64,000 bases of DNA from Thermoleophilia bacterium (GTDB lineage Bacteria; Actinomycetota; Thermoleophilia; Gaiellales; F1-60-MAGs149). A program made the translations under genes and the position numbers. Under the pieces are notes generated by a model. That model was given only the letters and a program-made list of their open reading frames with translations, was not told the origin of the DNA and made no database searches. How positions within the stretch are numbered: position 1 is the stretch's first letter; every line of letters starts with the position of its first letter. Shown in pieces: positions 11,154 to 18,392 of the stretch. The DNA lies in the NCBI GenBank assembly GCA_037133755.1, contig JBAXNN010000008.1:30245-94244 (forward strand), read 5' to 3'.

Positions 11154-12605
11154 GTGTTCGTGAACAAGACCCCGCGTTTCGAGCCCCTCTCCGAGGACGC
11201 ACTCGACACCATCGACCGAGGCTGGAAGCGCCTCGTCTCCGAGGTCGGGATCAAGTTCGTGCACGAGCCGTCGCTCGAGCTCTTTCGCCGCGAGGGCCAG
11301 CGCGTCGAGGACGAGGTGGTCTTCTTCGACCCCGAGTGGATTCTTGAGAAGATCAAGACGACGCCGACCGAGTTCCGCCTGATCTCGCGCAACCCGGACA
11401 AGAACGTGCAGTTCGGCCGCGACAACATGGTCTTCTGCACCGGCCAGTCGATGCCGTTCTGCGACGACGGCGTCACGGGCCGCCGCGACGGCACGCTCGC
11501 CGATGCCGTCCAGCTGCTGCGCGCCGCACAGATGACGCCCGAGATCGACACGCCCGGCTATCCGATCATCGAGGTCAACGACAAGCCGATCGATTCGCGC
11601 CATCTCGACCTGCAGCTCGCGATGTACGAGAACACCGACCTCCCCGTCGGCGCTGCGCAGATCCACCTCAACGGCGTGATCGACTCGATCGCGATGGCCG
11701 AGATGGTGCTCGGCGGCCCCGAGGTGCTCGAGAAGGACGCCGCGGTCTTCGGCACGATCAACGCGAACTCGCCGCTGATGTTCGATACGCGCATGCTCGA
11801 GTCGCTGTGGATGCTCGCCGAGCGCAATCAGATCGTCAACATCACGCCGTTCATCATGATGGGCGCGATGGGTCCGGTCGCCGTGCCGGCCGCACTCGCA
11901 CAGCAGACCGCCGAGTCGCTGGCGGGCATTGCGCTCGTCCAGGCGATCCGCCCGGGCTGCCCCGCGATCATGGGCTCGTTCGTCTCGAACACCGACATGA
12001 AGTCCGGCTCGCCCGGCTTCGGCGGCCCCGAGGCAGCACTTGGCATCCTCGCCACCGGCCAGATCGCGCGTCGCCACAACGTCCTGTGGCGCGCCGGCGG
12101 TGGTGGCCTCAACGCCAGCCCGGCCGTGGATGGACAGTCGGCCTTCGAGTCGCTCAACACGATGGCCCAGTCGTTTCTCGCCGGCGCCAACCTCCAGCTG
12201 CACACCACCGGCTGGCTCGAGGGCGGCCTCGTGCACTCGTTCGCCAAGGTCGCGATGGACACCGAGATGCTGCGCAACCTGATCGCGGAGTTCACGCCGA
12301 TCGAATGGACCGACGAGAACCTCGCCTTCGAGGCGCATGCCGAGGTTGGCCACGCCGGCCACTTCTTCGGTGCCGCGCACACGCTGGAGAACTTCCGCGA
12401 CTGCTTCTATCGCCCGACGGTCTGGACGACAGACAACTACTCGGCGTGGACGAAGAAGGGCGGCAAGAACGCCACCGAGCGCGCACTCGACGAGTTCAAT
12501 CGTTTGCAGGAGGCATGGGCAGAGAACCCGCCCACGCTCGACCCCGATCTTCACGCCGAGCTGAAGGCGTACACGGATCGGCGTCGCACCGAGCTCGGCG
12601 ACTAA
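11154..12605 (+). CDS. MttB-superfamily (COG5598) methyltransferase, non-pyrrolysine type (quaternary/tertiary amine methyltransferase candidate)
   Basis: 483 aa from a GTG start with no in-frame TAG. The length and blocks (NANSPLMFD, ITPFIMMGAMGPVAVPAALAQ, GSPGFGGPEAA, GANLQLHTTGWLEGGL, GHFFGAAHTLENF) fit my recollection of trimethylamine methyltransferase-family proteins. Confidence 0.75.
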   Translation: MFVNKTPRFEPLSEDALDTIDRGWKRLVSEVGIKFVHEPSLELFRREGQRVEDEVVFFDPEWILEKIKTTPTEFRLISRNPDKNVQFGRDNMVFCTGQSMPFCDDGVTGRRDGTLADAVQLLRAAQMTPEIDTPGYPIIEVNDKPIDSRHLDLQLAMYENTDLPVGAAQIHLNGVIDSIAMAEMVLGGPEVLEKDAAVFGTINANSPLMFDTRMLESLWMLAERNQIVNITPFIMMGAMGPVAVPAALAQQTAESLAGIALVQAIRPGCPAIMGSFVSNTDMKSGSPGFGGPEAALGILATGQIARRHNVLWRAGGGGLNASPAVDGQSAFESLNTMAQSFLAGANLQLHTTGWLEGGLVHSFAKVAMDTEMLRNLIAEFTPIEWTDENLAFEAHAEVGHAGHFFGAAHTLENFRDCFYRPTVWTTDNYSAWTKKGGKNATERALDEFNRLQEAWAENPPTLDPDLHAELKAYTDRRRTELGD

Positions 12606-12611
12606 CGCCTC

Positions 12612-13436
12612 ATGGTCGTCCTGTTCGGCTTGGTCACGGCCTTCTCGTGGGCGTTCGCCAACGTGTTCACGCAACAGGCGAGCCGGACCAAGACCAAGCC
12701 GGCGGTGATCATGTTCTGGGTCTTGATCGTGACGGCAGCAGTGGTGCTGCCCGTCGCACTGGTCGTCGATCGCCTCGAGGGCCCGTGGACCCCAGCCGGG
12801 TTGGGCTGGCCCATTCTCGCCGGCCTGCTCGCCACCGTCGGCTTCTTCCTGCTGCTGCGCGCGCTGACGAAGGGCAGCCTGAGCGTCGTCGCGCCGATCA
12901 TCGCCCTCGAGGGCGGTGTCGCGACGCTGCTGTCGATCGCGCTTGGTGAGCGCCCATCGGCCGTCCAGTACGTGTTGCTTGGCGTGGCGGTCGTCGGCGC
13001 CTTCCTCGTGGCGGTCGAGCCGGGCCGCCGCACGGCGGCTGGGGCTCCCGAAGCGGTACTCGCAGCGTTCGCCTACGCCGGCGTGCTGATCGCGCTCGGC
13101 CAGTCGAACCTGCCCGACCTGACCACCGTCGGCGTCACGCGAACCGTCAGCGTGCTCGCGATCCTGCCGGCGTTCCTCCTGGTACGCGAGCTGCCGAAGC
13201 GCACGAACGTCTACCCGATTCTCTGGTGCGGCCTGCTCGACGCGGTCGGCTTCGCCTTCTTCGCCTTTGCCGCGTCGATCGGTCCGCTCTCGGTCGCCTC
13301 GGTGACGGCCACGCAGTGGGGCACGGCCGCGGCGCTGATCGGCATCATCGGCATGCGCGAGCGGCTGTACACGAACCAGTACATCGGCATCGCGGTCACG
13401 CTCTTCGCAGTGACCGGGCTCGGGCTCTTGTCCTAG
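12612..13436 (+). CDS. EamA/DMT-family transporter
   Basis: 274 aa with about 10 hydrophobic helices in two EamA-like halves. Starts 6 nt after the mttB-like stop. Confidence 0.75.
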   Translation: MVVLFGLVTAFSWAFANVFTQQASRTKTKPAVIMFWVLIVTAAVVLPVALVVDRLEGPWTPAGLGWPILAGLLATVGFFLLLRALTKGSLSVVAPIIALEGGVATLLSIALGERPSAVQYVLLGVAVVGAFLVAVEPGRRTAAGAPEAVLAAFAYAGVLIALGQSNLPDLTTVGVTRTVSVLAILPAFLLVRELPKRTNVYPILWCGLLDAVGFAFFAFAASIGPLSVASVTATQWGTAAALIGIIGMRERLYTNQYIGIAVTLFAVTGLGLLS

Positions 13437-14185
13437 ACGCGACGCTGGAGCGCGGCGACCGAGGCGGTCGATAGCGGCTCGCGCGTGATGCCCGTCGTTC
13501 CGCCACGCGTGGCGAAGGCGGTGATGCGGCCGGCGCGCTCGCCGTGATGCGCGAGCAGGCGGTGACGGCGGATGTCGTGCACGAGGAAGTCGACGGTCGC
13601 GGCGAGGCCATCGACCACGGTGACGTCACCGGCCAGCTCGCGTACCTCATCGGCGTCGACGTACGCGCTCGGCGTGAGCAATAGGAGCACCGCTACCTCG
13701 GGCGCGTGCTTGCGGACGCGCATGAGCAGATCGCGGGCGGGATCGGTACCGCGCTCGATCAGCGTGACGCTACCGCCGCCGCGCAGCGTGCGGATCGCCT
13801 TGGCCAGCACCATCGTCTTGACCTCGTCGGACGAGAACACCGCGGCGATCGGGCGCCCCTTCGCCTCGGCCAGGGCCGCGCGCAGGCCGCACTCCAGTCC
13901 CCGTACGGAGATGCCCTCGAACTCGGGTCGCGCCTCGAAGGATGCGAAGCCGCCGGCGAGCAGCAGCGCCTTGGCGCCCTCATCGAGGAGCCCCGTCGCG
14001 AGATCGTGCACGCGCCGCGTCACCTGATCGGGCCGCCGGCCCGCGTACGGCGCGAACGCCTGGTCGGCGACGACGAGGATGTCCTCCTTCGGCAGTTGGG
14101 CGCGCAGGAGCTCGGCTCCGCGCACGCCCTCCCAGCCCTCGGCGACGACCCCGATCGAACCTGCCGGGTCGGCGCTCCAGGTCAC
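13433..14185 (-). CDS. Glutamate-racemase-like (Asp/Glu racemase fold) protein lacking both catalytic cysteines
   Basis: ORF 13433..14311 trimmed to GTG 14185, which overlaps the upstream TGA. SIGVVAEGWEGVRGAELLRAQLPKEDILVVADQAFAPYAGRRPDQV..AKALLLAGGFASFEA aligns by eye with MurI IGVxDSGVGGL..LP.E.IIYxGDTARxPYG..[12 protein letters not shown]. The CNTA motif is replaced by GGFA and GCTHYP by LTPSAY. Confidence 0.5.
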   Translation of the reverse strand: MTWSADPAGSIGVVAEGWEGVRGAELLRAQLPKEDILVVADQAFAPYAGRRPDQVTRRVHDLATGLLDEGAKALLLAGGFASFEARPEFEGISVRGLECGLRAALAEAKGRPIAAVFSSDEVKTMVLAKAIRTLRGGGSVTLIERGTDPARDLLMRVRKHAPEVAVLLLLTPSAYVDADEVRELAGDVTVVDGLAATVDFLVHDIRRHRLLAHHGERAGRITAFATRGGTTGITREPLSTASVAALQRRV

Positions 14186-15348
14186 GACCGCGGTCGCTTC
14201 TTCTCCGAGTCGTAGATTGGGAATGCAGCGGCCGTCGCCTCGGCGAGAGTCCCGTCGGGAAGCGCAACCTGTACACGCGTACCGGATGCGACGAGGTCTG
14301 CCTCGATGCACGCCATGCCGATCTGCAAATCGACGCTCGGCGAACGACCCGCCGACGGCGACAGCAACGTTCCGACATTCCGACCATCGACAAAGACCTC
14401 TGCCCCGTAATCCGGTGCCTCATCTCCGTCGACGACCAGCGTCGTGAGGCGGTGCGTGATGCCCGCGGCCAGCTCATCGACCAGCGCCTGCTTGCCAACG
14501 AAGTCACCCGTATCGAGACTGATGGTCCGATCCAGATTCATGTGGAACGGCGAAGTCTCGCCCACGAAATAGTCGTAGCCGATAAAGATCAGGCCCGACT
14601 CGATCCGCAGCGACTCAACCGCAGCCAGACCGTACGGACGGATTCCGTACGCTGCACCAGCCGCGAGCAGAGCCTCCCACAACATCTCGGCGCTGTCCTT
14701 CGGCACGTAGATCTCGTAGCCGAGCTCGCCCGAGTACCCCGTGCGAGCCAAGTAGCAGCCGGCAATACCCGCGACCGTGATCGGCTCCGTCGTGAAGCGG
14801 AAGTACTTGAGCGACGCGACCTCGAAGTCCGTGAGGCCATCGATCAGGTCACGCGACTTGGGACCCTGTACCTGGACGTGCGGCCACTCCTCGGTGCGAT
14901 CGAGGATTTCGACGTCGAAACCCTGCTGCGTCGAGACACGGCGAAAGTGATCGACGTCACTCGGCAGCGCGGTCACCACGAGGATGCCGGCACCCGTCTC
15001 ATCACCGGTGTTGAAGACCACACCGTCGCCGAGCATGCAGCCGTTCTCGTCGAGAAAGCACGAGTACCGGGCCTGTCCGACGGCAAGGTCAGACATGTCG
15101 TTGGCGAAGCAGAAGTCGACGGCCTTGATCGCGTCGTTGCCGCGGAAGATCCACTTCTGCAACGGCGACTCGTCCCAAACACCAACGGTCTCGCGAACCG
15201 CATGGTGCTCGGCAAGTGGATTGCCGAAGTCGGAGATCCAATCCCAGCCCTCCCACTCGGCAAAGGTGCCACCCTGACGACGCTGAATCGCGTCAAAGGC
15301 CGTCAACCGCAGGCCTTCAGCGCCGGCTGCGTTTTCCTGATCGCTCAT
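14182..15348 (-). CDS. GcvT-like aminomethyltransferase-family (folate-binding) protein
   Basis: Part of ORF 14182..16050. ATG 15348 overlaps the upstream TGA (ATGA). MSDQENAAGAEGLRLTAFDAIQRRQGGTFAEWEGWDW..ARTGYSGELGYEIYVP..YGLAAVESLRIESGL is typical of the GcvT/DmdA fold. Confidence 0.85.
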   Translation of the reverse strand: MSDQENAAGAEGLRLTAFDAIQRRQGGTFAEWEGWDWISDFGNPLAEHHAVRETVGVWDESPLQKWIFRGNDAIKAVDFCFANDMSDLAVGQARYSCFLDENGCMLGDGVVFNTGDETGAGILVVTALPSDVDHFRRVSTQQGFDVEILDRTEEWPHVQVQGPKSRDLIDGLTDFEVASLKYFRFTTEPITVAGIAGCYLARTGYSGELGYEIYVPKDSAEMLWEALLAAGAAYGIRPYGLAAVESLRIESGLIFIGYDYFVGETSPFHMNLDRTISLDTGDFVGKQALVDELAAGITHRLTTLVVDGDEAPDYGAEVFVDGRNVGTLLSPSAGRSPSVDLQIGMACIEADLVASGTRVQVALPDGTLAEATAAAFPIYDSEKKRPRS

Positions 15349-17342
15349 GACCGCGGTCTCCTCTTCTCGGGGTCGTAGATCGGGTACGTGTCGGTGTACG
15401 CCGGGACGAGACGGCCGTCGGGCAGCGCCACCTCGACGCGATTGCCCGGCTCGGCCAGCTCGGCCTCGATGCACGCCATGCCGATCAGGCGATCGACGCT
15501 CGGCGAGCGTCCCGCCGACGGCGACAGCAGCTTGCCGACACCGCGACCGTTGACGAAGACATCGGCGCCGTAGTCCGGCGCCTCGTTGCCCGCGACGACG
15601 AGCGTCGTGAGGCGATGCGTGATGCCCGCGGCCAGCTCGTCGACGAGCGCCTGCTTGCCGTTGAAGTCGCCCGTCTCCAGGTTGATCGTCCGGTCCAGGT
15701 TCATATGGAACGGCGAGGTCAGGCCCTGGAAGTAGTCGTAGCCGATGAAGATCAGGCCCGACTCGATGCGGAGCGACTCGACGGCGGCGAGGCCGTACTG
15801 ACGGATGCCGCGCGACGCGCCCTCGTTGAGGAGCTCCTGCCAGAGCGCTTCGGCGCCGGCCTTCGGCACGTAGATCTCGTAGCCGAGCTCGCCCGAGTAG
15901 CCAGTGCGGGCCAGGTAGCAGCCCGCGATGCCGCCGATCGTGATCGGCTCCGTCGTGAAGCGGAAGTACTTGAGCGAGTCGACGTCGAAGTCGGTCATCG
16001 CGCTGATCAGCTCGCGCGACTTCGGACCCTGCACCTGGATGTGCGGCCACTCCTCGGTGCGGTCGAGGATCTCGACGTCAAAGCCCTGCTGCTTCGAGAC
16101 GCGGCGGAACTGGTCCACGTCGCTCGGCAGTGCGGTCACCACGAGGATGCCGGCACCGGTCTCGTCGCCCGTGTTGAAGGCGACGCCGTCGCCGAGCATG
16201 CGACCGTACTCGTCGACGAAGCACGAGTAGCGGGCCTGGCCGACCTGCATCGAGGCCATGTCGTTGGCGAAGCAGTAGTCGACGGCCTTGAGCGCGTCGG
16301 GTCCGCGGAAGATCCACTTCTGCAGCGGTGACTCGTCCCAGATGCCGACGGTCTCGCGGACCGCGTGGTGCTCGTCGATCGGATCGCCGAAGTCAGAGAT
16401 CCAGTCCCAGCCCTCCCACTCGGCGAAGGTGCCGCCGTTGCGGCGCAGAATCGCGTCGAAGGCTGTCTTGCGCAGACCCTCGGTCGAGACCTGCGGGGCG
16501 GGCGCCTCGACGATCGCGATGCCGGCGGCCTCAGCGGGAGGTGAACCCTCCTGATCGGCGGCAGCGACCGGGGTGTCGACGGGGATGATCACGATCGGCG
16601 CCTGGCGCAGGTCCGGCGGCTGATGGCCCGGCGGCAGCACCTCGGACACGCCCAACAGAGCGCGCGCGGCGGCCGGATTCGGCAGCGTGCGGTACTCCTC
16701 GAGGCAGCGCATAGGCTCCTGGTCGAGGTTGCGGCGGATGCGGCGATAGCGGGCCTGCGCACCGGCACCGAGGCCCGGCGTCGAGAAGATCGCCTGCTCG
16801 ACGTACGACTCAATCACCTTGTTGCCGAGCAGCTTGACGTCGGCCTCGCGGGCCTTGCCCGTGAGCGGGTTGTACAGCACGACGCACTTGATGGTGTCGA
16901 GGAACGAGTTCCACGTCGACAGCACGACGGGACCACGGACGCGAATGCCTGTCTCGGGGATCGCGAGGTGCGTGATGCGGCGGTCATTGATCGTGTGGAT
17001 CAGCGACTCAGCGGTCGGCGACATGATGCTGACGAACTTGTGCATCGGCCACACGTCGAGCTGGTTCCAGTCGCCGGGCTCGCAATCGACGCCGATCATG
17101 TACGTGTCGGCGTAGCGGAAGAAGTTCGCATTGCCCCGCGTCTCGCGCAAGTGGTCGTAGAACAGCGTGTTCGTGCCGCCGATCAGGTTCGAGCAGCCAA
17201 CGGCGTCCATCGGCGTGCCCATCACCACGCAGAAGCGGTCGCCGTTCTTGTAGCCACCGGGCCAGAGGGTGTTCAGCGGAGCGGAAACGCCGTCGCGCTC
17301 GACGGAGAAGTCCTCGGAATTGAGTGCGTAGGACGAATGCAT
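15345..17342 (-). CDS. Fusion protein: unrecognised ~255-aa N-terminal domain, Pro/Ala linker, GcvT-like aminomethyltransferase domain
   Basis: 665 aa. Residues ~288-665 are colinear and highly similar to the downstream stand-alone GcvT-like protein. Residues 1-255 (MHSSYALNSEDFSVERDGVSAPLNTLWPGGYKNGDRFCVVMGTPMDAVGCSNLIGGTNTLFYDHLRETRGNANFFRYADTYMIGVDCEPGDW..) have no nucleotide-binding motif I recognise. Confidence 0.8.
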   Translation of the reverse strand: MHSSYALNSEDFSVERDGVSAPLNTLWPGGYKNGDRFCVVMGTPMDAVGCSNLIGGTNTLFYDHLRETRGNANFFRYADTYMIGVDCEPGDWNQLDVWPMHKFVSIMSPTAESLIHTINDRRITHLAIPETGIRVRGPVVLSTWNSFLDTIKCVVLYNPLTGKAREADVKLLGNKVIESYVEQAIFSTPGLGAGAQARYRRIRRNLDQEPMRCLEEYRTLPNPAAARALLGVSEVLPPGHQPPDLRQAPIVIIPVDTPVAAADQEGSPPAEAAGIAIVEAPAPQVSTEGLRKTAFDAILRRNGGTFAEWEGWDWISDFGDPIDEHHAVRETVGIWDESPLQKWIFRGPDALKAVDYCFANDMASMQVGQARYSCFVDEYGRMLGDGVAFNTGDETGAGILVVTALPSDVDQFRRVSKQQGFDVEILDRTEEWPHIQVQGPKSRELISAMTDFDVDSLKYFRFTTEPITIGGIAGCYLARTGYSGELGYEIYVPKAGAEALWQELLNEGASRGIRQYGLAAVESLRIESGLIFIGYDYFQGLTSPFHMNLDRTINLETGDFNGKQALVDELAAGITHRLTTLVVAGNEAPDYGADVFVNGRGVGKLLSPSAGRSPSVDRLIGMACIEAELAEPGNRVEVALPDGRLVPAYTDTYPIYDPEKRRPRS

Positions 17343-17384
17343 GAAGGGATCCTAGACCGAATCCGTCATCTCGTGCATGTGCGA

Positions 17385-18035
17385 CTAGTTCATACGCGCG
17401 CCGAGACGACGGTGCTCGAACTCCATCACCTTCATGTCGCGATCGCCGAGCGGCAACTCGAGCCGCAGCTGCGCGGCCTTGAGCGACCGCCCCACGTCGC
17501 CACGACGCTCATACGACGCAACGAGGTTCGACAGGATGCGCAGCGCCGTCAGGTGCACCGGCGTCTGCACGATGCGGCCCGGGGGCGGCGGATCGGCGAG
17601 CAGTACACCGCCCTTGAACGGGTCGAGCAGAATCGGATCGCCATCGCCGAACCAGCCCACGACGTAGTGCCCGGGCAGGCCGACGCCGCGGATCGGGATG
17701 CCGACGCGGCGTCCCACCTCGATCCAGACGACGCTGAGCAGGATGGGCAGGCCGCGCTTGCGTTCGAGCACCAGATCCAGCATCGAATTGTCGGGATGGT
17801 CGTAGTCCTCGACGTCGCCGAGGAAGCCCTCGCGGCGTCCCAGCACCGTGCGGAGCGCCTCGATCTGCTCGAGGCCGGTCTCCCCCACGCCGTTCAGCAC
17901 GACCTCGCCGGCCAGCCGGTCGAGCTCGGCCAGCGCCAGTTCCTGATCCACCTCGCGCAGCGCACCCGCGATCGCCAGCGCGAGCAGGTCGAGCGTGGGC
18001 GCGTCGGTGCGCGCGAGTTGTGCAAATCGGTTCAT
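17385..18035 (-). CDS. Transglutaminase-like/TPR (SirB1, UPF0162-type) protein
   Basis: ORF 17385..18086 trimmed to ATG 18035 (MNRFAQLARTD..). The block YDHPDNSMLDLVLERKRGLPILLSVVWIEVGRRVGIPIRGVGLPGHYVV matches my recollection of this family. Confidence 0.55.
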   Translation of the reverse strand: MNRFAQLARTDAPTLDLLALAIAGALREVDQELALAELDRLAGEVVLNGVGETGLEQIEALRTVLGRREGFLGDVEDYDHPDNSMLDLVLERKRGLPILLSVVWIEVGRRVGIPIRGVGLPGHYVVGWFGDGDPILLDPFKGGVLLADPPPPGRIVQTPVHLTALRILSNLVASYERRGDVGRSLKAAQLRLELPLGDRDMKVMEFEHRRLGARMN

Positions 18036-18125
18036 CTCTCGTATCTTCGCGCGTCTACCCGGCGCGAGACTGGCGCAACCCCACATCAGGGGATCCAGAC
18101 CAGCTCGGCGATCAGCGTCGATTTG

Positions 18126-18153
18126 GACACCATGGGCCCGGGCCCATCGTGTC
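18126..18153. repeat. GC-rich palindromic repeat, family 1 (core ATGGGCCCGGGCCCAT)
   Basis: GACACcATGGGCCCGGGCCCATcGTGTC is a 28-nt palindrome with one mismatch. It is intergenic. Confidence 0.85.
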
Positions 18154-18315
18154 AGGAGTGCTGCGTGATCGTTCTGCGCGCTGCACGCGCGTTCCGATGC
18201 GTCCCGCGCCTGCCGCTCCGTCGCTGAACGCGCAACGCCTGTATTGACCGGTGAGGAATCGGCCTGAGTGTCCGAGTCTTCGGTCGCAATTGCGTGCGCG
18301 TTTCACCACAGATCA

Positions 18316-18349
18316 CCTGACACAGTGGGCCCGGGCCCATCGTGTCAGG
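18316..18349. repeat. GC-rich palindromic repeat, family 1, second copy
   Basis: CCTGACACagTGGGCCCGGGCCCAtcGTGTCAGG. The 26 nt TGGGCCCGGGCCCATCGTGTCAGGAG are identical to 18133..18158, 193 nt away. Confidence 0.85.
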
Positions 18350-18392
18350 AGAGCCAATGCAGCGGGCTGAAGCGGTGCCTGATGGCAGCGCG

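Noticed and set aside
11154-12605. Pyrrolysine (in-frame TAG) in the MttB homologue
   Set aside because: The 483-codon frame has no internal TAG, so this is the non-Pyl branch of the family.
9645-12674. 1009-aa ORF on the minus strand spanning kup and the mttB-like gene
   Set aside because: It is antisense to two well-supported genes. Its composition is Arg/Asp/His/Gly-rich with no motifs, as expected for the complementary frame of high-GC coding DNA.
17343-17384. Glycine riboswitch upstream of the GcvT-like operon
   Set aside because: Only 42 nt separate it from the preceding gene, which leaves no room for a riboswitch aptamer.
18133-18351. Mini CRISPR array (two identical 26-nt direct repeats 193 nt apart)
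   Set aside because: There are only two repeats. The spacing is far larger than CRISPR spacers, the repeats are part of a dispersed palindrome family, and no cas genes are present.
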